DNA of 64,000 nt from Gloeobacterales cyanobacterium (GCA_038245785.1 JBBRSB010000004.1:96001-160000), one strand, 5' to 3'. Positions 51,513 through 62,106 are shown, counted from the stretch's first letter. Notes: a model not told the origin generated them from the letters alone. Program-made: numbers and translations.

Positions 51513-51551
51513 GGCGATGCCTATGCTCATTTCCAGGGTTACAAGAGTTAA

Positions 51552-52751
51552 ATGGTAAAGATACGTAAATTGCTGGAAGGGTTGGGGTTTATGTCTGGCT
51601 ACCAGTTCGAGTGGCTTGATTCGCTCTTGAATATTCTACCAGCTGACTGGGACCGCCTAGTAGGTCACCGTTCTCCTTTTCTGGAATGGGCTTGGCTGGC
51701 GAGTTTAGAGAAGGCAGGTTGTGTTTCGGCCCGTGAGGGCTGGCAGCCCTGCCATTTAGTCGTGCGCAGGGGCAAGCAGCTGGTAGCCGCAGCCCCTCTC
51801 TATCTCAAAAGCCACAGCCGAGGAGAATTTGTCTTCGACCAATCCTGGGCTGAACTAGCGCAGTATCAATTAGGGGTCCGCTACTATCCAAAGCTGATTG
51901 GGGCCATTCCCTTTACACCTGCCGTAGGCTACGAATTTCTAATCGCCGAAGATGAGGACCCTGATATCCTGACGCCTTTGATGATCGAGGCCATTGACCA
52001 GTTCAGTCGTAAAACGAGATGTTCTTGTACGAGTTTTCTCTTTACCGAGGAAAAGTTTCGTCAGCGTTTAGAAGCCCTAGATTTCATTCCACGCATTGAT
52101 TTCAACTATCAATGGAGTAATGCTAACTACAAAGATTTTGATGATTTCTTGAGCGTTTTTAATGCGAACCAACGCAAAAATATTCGTCGAGAACGTCGAG
52201 AGATGAAAGATATAGGCTTAGAAATTCGCTGCTTTACCGGAGATTCTATCCCAGATGGCTATTATCGACGCATGTATGATTTCTACTCAGATACCTGCCG
52301 GAAATTTAGCAACTGGAGTAAATATCTAAATCGTAAGTTTTTTGATTTACTAGATGATTCCTTCCGTCATCGCACCGCTTTTTTCGCAGCGCTGCATGGC
52401 TCAGAGCCGATTGGAATGTCCTTCTGTGTCTTTAAGGAAGAGCAGATGTATGGAAGGATCTGGGGAGCCTACGAGGATATTAAATTCCTGCATTTCAACC
52501 TGTGTTACTACGAGACTATAGATTGGGCGATCAGCCATGGTATTAAACGTTTGGACCCTGGTACGGGAGGGCAACATAAACATAAGAGAGGATTTCCTGC
52601 CACACCCACCTATAGCCTTCATCGTATTTACAACGGCAGTTTAAAAGACATTATTCAGAACCATCTTATCGAACGAGCCAATCCTTATTACCTGGAACAA
52701 TTGGTCTTGTTGAATGAGACTTTGCCGATGAAAGGGTGGGGTGGTTCGTAA
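51552..52751 (+). CDS. GNAT/FemAB-like (DUF482) protein
   Basis: YLKSHSRGEFVFD, YYPKL..PFTP, LHFNLCYY, GQHK..RGF. Confidence 0.85.
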   Translation: MVKIRKLLEGLGFMSGYQFEWLDSLLNILPADWDRLVGHRSPFLEWAWLASLEKAGCVSAREGWQPCHLVVRRGKQLVAAAPLYLKSHSRGEFVFDQSWAELAQYQLGVRYYPKLIGAIPFTPAVGYEFLIAEDEDPDILTPLMIEAIDQFSRKTRCSCTSFLFTEEKFRQRLEALDFIPRIDFNYQWSNANYKDFDDFLSVFNANQRKNIRRERREMKDIGLEIRCFTGDSIPDGYYRRMYDFYSDTCRKFSNWSKYLNRKFFDLLDDSFRHRTAFFAALHGSEPIGMSFCVFKEEQMYGRIWGAYEDIKFLHFNLCYYETIDWAISHGIKRLDPGTGGQHKHKRGFPATPTYSLHRIYNGSLKDIIQNHLIERANPYYLEQLVLLNETLPMKGWGGS

Positions 52752-52802
52752 ATTAGCTCCCTCCAAGCTAATAAGAGCTCCAAGCCTTCAAGGGTTTAGC
52801 TC

Positions 52803-52887
52803 CCCTTTAGAGGTTATCCTAACGACTTGTGCGTAATGGATAGCCTCTAAAGGGAGATGTCTCCTTGGCAAAGCCCGCCGTAAGCAT
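52803..52887. repeat. 17-bp inverted repeat plus 21-nt SDR-like element between convergent genes
   Basis: CCCTTTAGAGGTTATCC / GGATAGCCTCTAAAGGG; GGCAAAGCCCGCCGTAAGCAT. Confidence 0.6.
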
Positions 52888-52900
52888 AGGGGCTGAGGGG

Positions 52901-53383
52901 TTACTGCAAGGGGCTCAACATTTGACGATTCAATTCCCAGAAGGGATTGATTAGGGCGGTGGCTGTTTTGCCTAATTTTTCTTGGGTTACTTCCTGGATG
53001 ATTGCATAGGTTGCTTCACAGGCAGGGAGAGCATTGTAGGACTTCATGATGGTAGAAAACCAGTACAATAGCGTGTCCTGAAGCCATGCAGGGTCATTGA
53101 TCAACATGGCGTTAGAGGTGTAGCAATATACTCGCTTGGTATCCCGCTGCCACTTGGCTCTCAAGTCTTTTGAGTTGTCAGGATATTTTAGAAGAGAAGG
53201 GTCTCTAGCGACTAAACGCGCGTAGACCTCATCAATAATTTCTTTCTCATATTCCTGAAGCGCCCGATAGGTGCTAATCCGCTCAGGGACAGAGGAAACA
53301 TACTGGTCGATGATACCGCGCCGACTTGAAGGGAGATAAGAACCATCTGACTCTAAGACCATTTGTTCAAAGGTAGTGATCAA
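52901..53383 (-). CDS. Phycobiliprotein-fold (globin-like) protein lacking bilin Cys
   Basis: ESDGSYL, IIDEVYARL, KWQRD..VYCY..AMLIND..WL...LLYWF..I; TTG start after GGAGG. Confidence 0.65.
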   Translation of the reverse strand: MITTFEQMVLESDGSYLPSSRRGIIDQYVSSVPERISTYRALQEYEKEIIDEVYARLVARDPSLLKYPDNSKDLRAKWQRDTKRVYCYTSNAMLINDPAWLQDTLLYWFSTIMKSYNALPACEATYAIIQEVTQEKLGKTATALINPFWELNRQMLSPLQ

Positions 53384-53533
53384 AACGCCCTCCGCGAGCA
53401 CTCATTCTGTTTACATTACTTAAGATTCCCGTTCAGAAATCTGGTCTACCAATCAGGCGCAGTATTTTTTTGATTGGATAGTAGTGTAGAAAACACGAGC
53501 ATATTTAAGCCAGTCTAGAAAGGAGTCAAACGC

Positions 53534-54226
53534 TTGTCTTTTGTGGTGATGACCCTCTTGGTGCTACTCTTCGCGACGGTCCATAGTGGCCTTGCTGCGC
53601 TCAGATTACCGATAGAAAAGCGTATCGGAGCTAGGGTTTATCGAATTCTGTTCGCCCTCTCCAGCATTGGTTTAGCCATCCCCATGCTCATCTACTACTT
53701 CAATCATCGCTATGACGGTTGGCAGCTCTGGCTTTTACAAGACAGTGCACTGGTCAAAAGCTTTGTGCTCGGACTTGCCGCTTTTTCTTTTTTGTTTTTA
53801 TACCCAGCCACCTTCAATTTGTTGGAAGTCGCAGCGATCAACGAGCCGAAGGTTCGTATTTATGAAACAGGGATTACCCGTATTACCCGCCATCCCCAAC
53901 TGACGGGGATGTTTTTGTGGAATGTAGCCCATGTGCTCTGGATGGGCAGTGGTTTTGCCCTGTGGACCGGGATTTTGCTAACGGGTTATCACGCTTTTGC
54001 GGTTTGGCATGGAGACCGACGCTTGAAAATCCGCTATGGCAGGGCTTTTGAGGAATTCAAAAATCGCACTTCAGTTTTGCCTTTTATCGCTATTTTTCAG
54101 GGCCGTCAAGCTTTGGTGCTGACAGAATTTTTGCGCCCTGCCTATCTAGGCATTGCTATTTTTGTATTTTTGACGTTTTGGGCACATCCTTGGCTCATTG
54201 AGACTTTCGCTCAAACAGGTTGGTGA
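53534..54226 (+). CDS. NnrU family / Z-ISO-like protein
   Basis: HSGLAALR, NHRYDG, YPATFNLLEVAA, TGITRITRHPQ, GDRRL, TSVLPF. Confidence 0.85.
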   Translation: MSFVVMTLLVLLFATVHSGLAALRLPIEKRIGARVYRILFALSSIGLAIPMLIYYFNHRYDGWQLWLLQDSALVKSFVLGLAAFSFLFLYPATFNLLEVAAINEPKVRIYETGITRITRHPQLTGMFLWNVAHVLWMGSGFALWTGILLTGYHAFAVWHGDRRLKIRYGRAFEEFKNRTSVLPFIAIFQGRQALVLTEFLRPAYLGIAIFVFLTFWAHPWLIETFAQTGW

Positions 54227-54299
54227 CTGAATATATCTTTTGAATATTGATAGTCAATGATTACTATAGATAGTATGCAACATCATTTTCTCCTCGCTC

Positions 54300-54692
54300 A
54301 TGGTCAATCAGCTAGCTAATTGGAGAGCACGCATCGCTCAAACAGATAAAAAATTATCTGCGCGTCATATTGATTTGGATCCTGCGGGATACTTTCTTAT
54401 TTACATCGACCGTGAGAATGGTCTCATCTGTGCAGACCATTACGCTATTGTTGTAGATAAGCGAGGATTGGCGATAGATCCTGATACAGGTAAACCCTTA
54501 TCTGCCAAAGGGCCTACCAAAAACGAACTGATTGCCCGATACAAGGGGCCCAGTGCCAAAGCCCTATGCGTTGAGATTTTTGAGCAGGGAAAAAATACAA
54601 TTACCCATTTCAACCATGCAGCTTATTTAGGGAGAGAATTCCAACGAGCGGAGTTTGCTTTGGTAACTGGCAAAGAGTACGTCCAAGATTAG
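54300..54692 (+). CDS. DUF4346 protein
   Basis: LDPAGYFLIYIDR, HAAYLGREFQRAE, YVQD. Confidence 0.85.
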   Translation: MVNQLANWRARIAQTDKKLSARHIDLDPAGYFLIYIDRENGLICADHYAIVVDKRGLAIDPDTGKPLSAKGPTKNELIARYKGPSAKALCVEIFEQGKNTITHFNHAAYLGREFQRAEFALVTGKEYVQD

Positions 54693-54702
54693 GGAGGGAA
54701 GT

Positions 54703-55026
54703 GTGGTGGATTGTCCTCGCTGTGGCACCCCGACCTCCAATCGAATCTTAAATTGTCAAAACTGTGGCTACAGCTTGGAGCCCTATGGCGCTTTCAAGCC
54801 GGAACTGGTTTCAGGCAGCAAGATTCTATGTACTAGCTGCCGATACGACCGAGATGATTCTTGTACATTCCCAGACCGTCCTCAGGCGACGCGCTGCACC
54901 TTGTATCGCTCTATCGATGAGCTTGCCCCTGTAGCCTACCGACCTCGTTTTAAGTTGAGCAACTACATTTGGGTGTTTGTGTTGGGTGGGCTTCTCCTGG
55001 TAAGTGTAGGATTGACCTTACGATGA
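54703..55026 (+). CDS. Zinc-ribbon membrane-anchored hypothetical protein
   Basis: CPRC...CQNC, CTSC...C...C; C-terminal TM. Confidence 0.7.
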   Translation: MVDCPRCGTPTSNRILNCQNCGYSLEPYGAFKPELVSGSKILCTSCRYDRDDSCTFPDRPQATRCTLYRSIDELAPVAYRPRFKLSNYIWVFVLGGLLLVSVGLTLR

Positions 55027-55907
55027 CCGATTTATTTGAACTAGCCCTAGAAGTTGCTCCCGACCTGGAAGAGCTGGTCACTATCCGCTTAGAGGCCCTG
55101 GGCAGTCAGGGGGTTGTTAGTGAGCAGGTCTCAGGCCAAGAAAACCTCTGGGTAAAGGGCTATTTTACAGAAGCCCCCGATGAGGCCACGTTGCAATCGC
55201 TAGAAGAACAATTGGTTGAAGATGCGGAAAGCTTGTTAGTGCCTGTTCCCACGCTTAAAACCCAACTGGTTCGGGAAGAAGACTGGGCTACGGCTTGGCA
55301 GCAATATTGGCATCCCCGGCCCGTGGGTGAACGTTTTCTGGTCTGTCCTGTTTGGGAAACCCCTCCGCCAGAATACAAAAATCGTCTCCTGATTCGGATT
55401 GACCCTGGTTTTGCCTTTGGCACAGGAGAGCACAGCACTACCCGCCTTTGCTTGGTCGGGCTGGAACAGTTGCTGACGGAAGGTCCCGTTGCTACCGTAG
55501 CTGACGTTGGCTGCGGCTCTGGCATTTTGGCCCTAGGAGCGCTCCTTCTGGAAGTACCGAAGGTGATTGCGGTGGATATTGACCCTCTGGCGGTCAAGGC
55601 TACTCAAATCAATCTTGAAGAAGCTGGGTTCGCACACCAAGCTACGGTTTTTGTGGGCAGTGCGGAGGATGTATTGAAGCTGGGTACTCCCGTAGATGGT
55701 TTAGTCTGCAATATTCTGGCCGACGTGATTTGTCAGATTGCTGAGGACCTCACAGCACTAGTCAAGCCTGGAGGCTGGGGACTTTTTAGTGGTTTGCTCA
55801 CGACCCAAGCAGCGATGGTGCTGGAGCGTTTAGAGCCTCTAGGCTGGCATCGAGAATGCACCTTATCTGAAGAACCATGGGCCGCCTTGATTCTGCACAA
55901 AATTTAG
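55023..55907 (+). CDS. prmA: 50S L11 methyltransferase
   Basis: EEDWATAWQQY, DPGFAFGTGEHSTT, DVGCGSGIL, NILA. Confidence 0.93.
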   Translation: MTDLFELALEVAPDLEELVTIRLEALGSQGVVSEQVSGQENLWVKGYFTEAPDEATLQSLEEQLVEDAESLLVPVPTLKTQLVREEDWATAWQQYWHPRPVGERFLVCPVWETPPPEYKNRLLIRIDPGFAFGTGEHSTTRLCLVGLEQLLTEGPVATVADVGCGSGILALGALLLEVPKVIAVDIDPLAVKATQINLEEAGFAHQATVFVGSAEDVLKLGTPVDGLVCNILADVICQIAEDLTALVKPGGWGLFSGLLTTQAAMVLERLEPLGWHRECTLSEEPWAALILHKI

Positions 55908-56626
55908 CGCGCCTCTTCTGTGAACCTCAACAGTTTACGGAAGAGACTTTACAGTTGGAAGCAGCCCAAGTGCATTACTTGAAACGGGTTTTGCGGCTTT
56001 CGGTCGGGAACATGTTCATCGCGTTGGATGGACGGGGGGGATGTTGGAAAGCCGTTTTAGAAGGTACTCAAGCTCGTTTAGTTGAAAATCTAGAAAGTGT
56101 CGTAGAAGCGCCCTTTCCCATTGCCTTGGCCTGCGGAATTCCGAAAGGTGAACGGATGGATTGGTTGGTGCAAAAGGCCGTGGAGCTGGGCATCCATGAC
56201 CTCTATCCGCTGGTCACCACCCGCACCGTAGTCTCAGATCCTTCACCCCATAAGGTCCAACGCTGGGGAGTGATTGCGAAAGAAGCGGCGGAGCAGTCTG
56301 AGCGTTCCCTGCTGCCCAAGGTTCATCCCGTCCAGTCTGGGGCTGATTTTCTTAGTTCTGTTTCCACAGCCATGGGCCAAGATAGATTAAAAGTCATTTG
56401 TTTAGCGAGAGGGGCGCAGAGCAGTTTGGGAAGCATTCTAAAAGCGCAGGGGCCTAGGCCTATCCTCCTCCTTACGGGACCGGAAGGAGGCTTTACGACC
56501 CAAGAAATTGAACAGGCCCAGCAGCAGGGGTTCATTTCAGCCCACTTAGGACCCCGTATTCTTCGGGCAGAGACTGCTCCACTGGTAGCCCTGAGCTTAT
56601 TACTAGAGACCTATGAGACGTATTGA
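55877..56626 (+). CDS. rsmE: 16S rRNA m3U1498 methyltransferase
   Basis: HYLKRVLRL, QKAVELG, EAAEQSER, GPEGGF, LGPRILRAETA. Confidence 0.93.
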   Translation: MGRLDSAQNLARLFCEPQQFTEETLQLEAAQVHYLKRVLRLSVGNMFIALDGRGGCWKAVLEGTQARLVENLESVVEAPFPIALACGIPKGERMDWLVQKAVELGIHDLYPLVTTRTVVSDPSPHKVQRWGVIAKEAAEQSERSLLPKVHPVQSGADFLSSVSTAMGQDRLKVICLARGAQSSLGSILKAQGPRPILLLTGPEGGFTTQEIEQAQQQGFISAHLGPRILRAETAPLVALSLLLETYETY

Positions 56627-57287
56627 CGCATCGGGTATCGGGGCCTTGCTGGTCGGTGTGACGACGCTGGTGATTACCTTTGGGCCATTGCTAGGCATCT
56701 CTCCCTGGTTACCTGCCGCTTTTATCGTAATAGTGGGAGGGGCTTTAGTCCTCGACCAATTTCTATTTCAATCTCGCCATATGCGTCTACTTTTCGGCCT
56801 GCTCCAAGAGCTTATGCCCGAGCATAAAAGTAGAGTGTTGCACCATGAAGCTGGGCATTTTCTGGTCAGTCATTTAGTTGGCATCAAGATTGTTGACTAC
56901 AGCCTCAACGCCTGGGACATATATCAAAAGGGCGATATGGGCAGTGGAGGCGTAGTTCCTGATGAAGAATCCATTAGGGCATATACCGAAAGCGCCCCTT
57001 GGAGTAAGGTCGAGCAATACTGTGTGGCAATGATGGCAGGACCTGCGGCAGAAGACAGAGTTTTTGATTCTGTCTGGGGCGGCAGTGATGACTTGGCAAA
57101 AGTCCGCCTCTGTTTACAGCAGGCCAAGAAAAACCCTGACTTGTACCGGCTTTATGTGACCCGTGCCCATGATTTGTTAGAAAGCCATCAAGCTATCTAT
57201 ACGCAGCTAGTGACGTTAATGTCTAAAAAGACGCCTGTTGAGGAGTGCCTAGCCTTTTTGAAAGGTTCACTCCATTTGTGTGACTAA
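56613..57287 (+). CDS. M41-like Zn peptidase domain membrane protein
   Basis: RVLHHEAGHFLV, MAGPAAE, GGSDD. Confidence 0.8.
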   Translation: MRRIDASGIGALLVGVTTLVITFGPLLGISPWLPAAFIVIVGGALVLDQFLFQSRHMRLLFGLLQELMPEHKSRVLHHEAGHFLVSHLVGIKIVDYSLNAWDIYQKGDMGSGGVVPDEESIRAYTESAPWSKVEQYCVAMMAGPAAEDRVFDSVWGGSDDLAKVRLCLQQAKKNPDLYRLYVTRAHDLLESHQAIYTQLVTLMSKKTPVEECLAFLKGSLHLCD

Positions 57288-57326
57288 ACAGGAATTTATT
57301 GACCGGAAATCCCTCTATGCTAAATA

Positions 57327-57347
57327 TATAACGAGTGTTCGATATAA
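57327..57347. promoter_or_regulatory. Putative TetR operator (copy 1)
   Basis: TATAACG-N6-CGATATAA, repeated at 59200-59220. Confidence 0.6.
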
Positions 57348-57413
57348 AATGTTCAAGAGCAATTGATTTTACTTGGATCTTGATCGAGCCTTCAATACGG
57401 ACAGGTTTTGACC

Positions 57414-58007
57414 ATGCCTAAAATTGTTGATCATGCACAATACCGTAAAGAACTTCTAAGCCAATGCTTTGGCCTCTTTGCTGAGAAAGGATACGCTTCA
57501 ATTACGATGCGGCAAATTGCTGAAGGGCTTGGCGTTTCCACAGGCACGCTCTATCACTATTTCCCCAGTAAAAAAGACCTCTTTGAACAGCTTGTCGATC
57601 ACTTGAGCCAGCAAGATATTCTAACCATTGCTGTTGAATTGGAGGGAACACAAACCCTGCAAGAACGGCTTGACGTTTTAGCCGGTTTTCTTACCAAAAA
57701 TGAGGATTACTTTCTCCAACAGATTCATGTCTGGATGGACTTCTGTCAGCATGAAGATTTCAAAAATATGGGTGATAGCCCTATTCTGCACATAGCTGAT
57801 CAACGCTATCAGCAGGCTGTATCTGATTTCTTAGGCATTTCAGATCCTCTACTCATTCGCTTTATCTTGAGCTTTATTGATGGGGTAATTTTACATCGAA
57901 TATTTGGCTATGAAGGCGTTTCTTTTTCGGAACAAATTACTCTGTTAGGGAAGATGCTAATTGCTTACCTAGAACATCCACATAACACTGAAAAGGAAAA
58001 AATATGA
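57414..58007 (+). CDS. TetR family regulator
   Basis: MPKIVDH, ITMRQIAEGLGVSTGTLYHYFPSK. Confidence 0.92.
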   Translation: MPKIVDHAQYRKELLSQCFGLFAEKGYASITMRQIAEGLGVSTGTLYHYFPSKKDLFEQLVDHLSQQDILTIAVELEGTQTLQERLDVLAGFLTKNEDYFLQQIHVWMDFCQHEDFKNMGDSPILHIADQRYQQAVSDFLGISDPLLIRFILSFIDGVILHRIFGYEGVSFSEQITLLGKMLIAYLEHPHNTEKEKI

Positions 58008-59179
58008 GTCTCCAAATGCCTTTCAAAAAGCCTTCAAAGCAGGTACTCATTGGGTTATATGTTGTAGTAGCTTCAGCCACAGGAGTAGCCCTCTACGGCT
58101 TTTCGCAATTTGGCCAGAGTAATACTAAGCCATCAACCCAGCCAACAGTTCCAGTTGTCAAAAAAGTGACAGCATTAGGACGACTAGAGCCGGAATCAGA
58201 AGTAAGTCAGGTTTCTGCTCCTTTAGCTTTAAACGGAGACCGTGTTGCTCAACTATTAGTCAAAGAAGGGGACGCTGTGAAGGCAGGACAAGTGATAGCG
58301 ATTCTGGATTCTCGTGACCGCTTGCAAAATAGTTTTGAGCAGGCCAAAAAATAAGTCAACGTTGCCCAAGCGAAACTGGCACAAATCAGAGCTGGAGCAA
58401 AAACAGGAGAGATTCAGGCACAGCAAGCAAGAATTACCCGCCTCGAAATAGAAAGTAAGCGGGATATCGAAGCACAAGCAGCAACCGTTGCCCGATTGCA
58501 GGCCCAATTACACAATGCTGAAGTAGAGAATAAACGCTATCAGGAGCTGTATCAAGATGGAGCAATTGCGGCATCCCAACGAGACAGTAAGTCCTTAACC
58601 TTAGAAGTCGCCCAGAAAAGTCTAGTTGAAGCCAAAGCCTTACTCAATCGCAAACAGTCTGCCAATCCACAAGAATTGAATGAAGCAAGGGCAACCTTGA
58701 ATCGGATTGCAGAGGTACGCCCGGTGGATATCAGGGTTGCCCAAACCGAAGTAGATAACGCCTTGGCCGGATTAAAGCTGGCCCAAACTAATGTAGAGGA
58801 GACTCAGATCCGCGCCCCAATGGCAAGTCACATTCTCAAAATTCGAACCCGGCTTGGAGAAAAAATTAGCAATTCTGGGATTGCGGATTTGGGACAAACA
58901 GGCCAAATGGTAGCTGTGGCAGAAATTTATCAAACCGATATTGGCAAAATCCGCCTTGGCCAGCAGGCAACGATTACCAGCCAGGCATTTTCAGAAGAAC
59001 TCAGAGGAGCAGTTTCACACATTGGTTTGCAGGTGAGTAAGCAAAATGTCTTCAGCAATCAGCCAGGAGAGAACTTAGACCGTCGCGTAGTGGAAGTGAA
59101 AATCCGCCTAACTCCAGAGGATAGTACGCGGGTTGAAGGCTTGACCAATTTACAGGTGCAAACCGCTATTCGCCTGTAA
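58004..59179 (+). pseudogene. DevB-family MFP with in-frame TAA at 58352-58354
   Basis: VTALGRLEP; KK*VNVAQAKLAQIRAGAKTGEI continues in frame; RRVVEVKIRL. Confidence 0.85.
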
Positions 59180-59199
59180 AAAATTTCGGTGAATTGATT

Positions 59200-59220
59200 T
59201 ATAACGCATGGCCGATATAA
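59200..59220. promoter_or_regulatory. Putative TetR operator (copy 2)
   Basis: TATAACG-CATGGC-CGATATAA. Confidence 0.55.
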
Positions 59221-59248
59221 GTCAGATCGCTGCTAGGAGATTGGATAG

Positions 59249-60403
59249 ATGATTAGTGGATTACTTCGCAAAACACCACTGGCTTGGCTCCAGTTAATCA
59301 AAGAAAAAAACCGCTTACTGGTAGCGATTGCAGGTATTGCCTTTGCCAATATACTCATCTTCATTCAACTGGGATTTCAGGATGCTTTATATGATGGAGC
59401 AACCAAACCTCAAAGCTTACTGCAAGCTGATTTGGTCTTGATCAGTCCTCAGTTTCAATCCTTATTTGCTCTTCAAAGTTTCCCCAGAGAGCGAATGTAC
59501 CAGACCTTGAGCTATGAAGGTGTTGCCTCTGTTAGTTCTATATACATTGAATCAGCAAAGTGGAAAAATCCTGATACTCGCCTGACCCGAGCAATCTTGG
59601 TTTAGGGCGTTGAACCAGGAGCCCCCAATCTTGCCTTGCCAGAAGTTCAGCAGAACGCTGAAAAATTGCAACTGCTTAATCATGTATTATTTGACCGAGC
59701 TTCTCGTCCGGAGTATGGGGCAATTGGTGAGTTAGTTCAACAACATGGAAGGCTAGAAGCAGAGTTGAACAATCAAAATGTTGAAGTTGCGGGGCTTTTC
59801 ACCCTGGGAGCATCCTTTGCTGCTGATGGCAACGTAATTGCCAGCGATTCCACTTTTCTTAAGCTATTCTCTGATCGCAAACCAGGCCAAATTGAAGTAG
59901 GTTTGATTCAACTCAAGTCCGGCATAAATCCTGCACAGGTTCAAGAACAGTTGCGCACGGAACTATCGGGTGATGTGCGCGTTCTAACACCCACAGAATT
60001 TGCGGCGGCGGAGAAACTCTATTGGGAAAGTCAGGGAGCTATTGGTTTCATTTTCGGCCTGGGTGTAATCGTTGGCGTAGTGATTGTCTATCAGATTCTG
60101 TATACGGATGTGGTTAATCATCTGCCGGAATATGCCACGTTAAAAGCAATGGGCTACAGCGACCATTACTTCTCTGGGGTGCTCTTACAGGAAGCCTTGA
60201 TATTAGCAATACTGGGCTATATCCCTGGATTTTTAGTCTCGATTGGCATCTATCAGCTTGCTTATGCAGCAACGTTACTACCTATTGGGATGAAGCTAGA
60301 GCGTGCCCTATCCGTTCTGGTATTAACGATCATCATGTGCAGTGTTTCCGGGTTTGTTGCCATGCAAAAACTACGTTCTGCTGATCCTGCTGATATCTTT
60401 TAG
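59249..60403 (+). pseudogene. DevC-family permease with in-frame TAG at 59603-59605
   Basis: TPLAWLQL; RAILV*GVEPG; EYATLKAMGY; ADPADIF. Confidence 0.85.
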
Positions 60404-60411
60404 GAGCATTC

Positions 60412-61140
60412 ATGATAAATTCTTTAGGTTCCAACCCTGTTATTTCAGTCCGTGGTCTCCAGCATTACTTCGGCGAAGAGAGTCTCCGCAAACAAACTTT
60501 ATTCAATATCAATCTAGACATTAGCGCAGGTGAAATTGTGTTACTGACAGGGCCTTCTGGCTCTGGCAAAACCACTCTACTGACCCTTTTAGGGGGCTTG
60601 CGTTCGGTGCAAGAAGGCAGTCTTAAAATCCTAAATCAAGAAGTTAATGGTGCTAGCAAACAGCAGTTGACCAACCTCCGCAAACAGATTGGCTATATCT
60701 TTCAAGCACACAATCTCCTGGCCTTTTTAACGGCCCGCCAAAACGTACGCATGTCCCTGGAACTACACGAACACATTCTGGCAAAAGAGTTGGACACCAA
60801 GATAACTGCCATCATGGAAAGCGTTGGTTTGGCAGATCGCAACGAGTACTACCCAGAAAATCTTTCTGGAGGGCAAAAGCAGCGAGTGGCTATTGCCCGC
60901 GCCTTGGTCAGTCATCCCAAACTCGTTCTGGCCGATGAACCCACAGCCGCTCTGGATAAAAAATCAGGACGGGATATTGTCGAGTTAATGCAGCGATTAG
61001 CAAAAGAGCAAGGCTGTACCATTCTGCTTGTAACCCACGACAATCGAATTCTTGATATCGCCGACCGAATTATTGATATGTAAGATGGTCGTCTTGTCCG
61101 TCATATCAGCGATATCGCTACAGTTATTCAAGAGCATTAA
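60412..61140 (+). pseudogene. DevA-family ABC ATPase with TAA at 61081-61083
   Basis: GPSGSGKT, LSGGQ, DEPT, VTHD; IIDM*DGRL continues to 61140. Confidence 0.75.
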
Positions 61141-61432
61141 GTAGCAGCTTGGATATACGCGCCTATCCCATAAGTCATTCTCTATCGCCTGAGTTTGTCG
61201 CTATTCGCTCAAACGCTCAATTTCTATATAAAAGCACAAAGTATTCTCCGTCGGCTATGTTTAGATTGCTCATTTCAATGAAATACAACGAATTGTATCG
61301 GTATTGAATAAGACACTTTACTTTTGTATAGCAGGAGATTAAAGTCACTTTTAATAAAGGCAAGCATAAAAAATGAGTGCTCTTACTTAATAGTTCGGTG
61401 CGCTCAAGACTAATATTTGCAGGGAGTGTGTA

Positions 61433-62059
61433 ATGACCTCATATATCAATGACTATCCGTTATTCAATATTTCTCCCACCTACGATATACCTCTTTCTTT
61501 AAAGAACCTCCTAAGTGATCTTTGGGCACAGCAATATCAGGAACATGCCAAAGAGCATAACGGGGACGCAACTACTTCTTTATCCGATGCCTTTACTAAA
61601 GTTTTAGATGCGCTATGGCCTGAGAGTATTTCAGTACACGCGGGGCATAAGCGCTATGTTTGGATGGCCTATGCCTTGGGATTCACGATTGGGCCAACTA
61701 TCAATAGAGACCCAGTGTATAAGCAACAGGCTGCACTCATCCTTATGGGAATATCCAGATGGCTGAGAGGAAAGACAGCTCCCCTCGATTTTCCCAGAGA
61801 AGAAGAACTAACTGCTTCTGTCATTGAAGGGGAATTAGCAATAGATGAAGCTCGAAGCGTTTTGCAGAATTTGCTTAGAATAACCGATCCAGCAGAGGCC
61901 CGCGCAGCCCTTGTACAGATTCTAGACGACTGCTTTGAGGGATATGCCGTGCTGCGAGATGCTTACAGAAAAAAAGATTTCTTTCATTGGTGGCTTGTGG
62001 AAGTTGTTCCTGCCGCCTGGTGCATGAGGCTTCCCAAAGTTATTTATCAAGCTGGTTAA
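61433..62059 (+). CDS. Hypothetical 208-aa protein
   Basis: GGGAG SD; long ORF; no recognised motif. Confidence 0.65.
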   Translation: MTSYINDYPLFNISPTYDIPLSLKNLLSDLWAQQYQEHAKEHNGDATTSLSDAFTKVLDALWPESISVHAGHKRYVWMAYALGFTIGPTINRDPVYKQQAALILMGISRWLRGKTAPLDFPREEELTASVIEGELAIDEARSVLQNLLRITDPAEARAALVQILDDCFEGYAVLRDAYRKKDFFHWWLVEVVPAAWCMRLPKVIYQAG

Positions 62060-62106
62060 GCTCGCCTTGTGAATTAGAAAGAAGTTGCTAAGCAAGTTGC
62101 ATTTCA

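Noticed and set aside
58352..61083. Stop-codon reassignment or programmed readthrough explaining the in-frame stops
   Set aside because: Implied residues differ (Q, W, E), TAA/TAG terminate housekeeping genes normally, and indel lesions occur in other accessory genes; ordinary decay fits better
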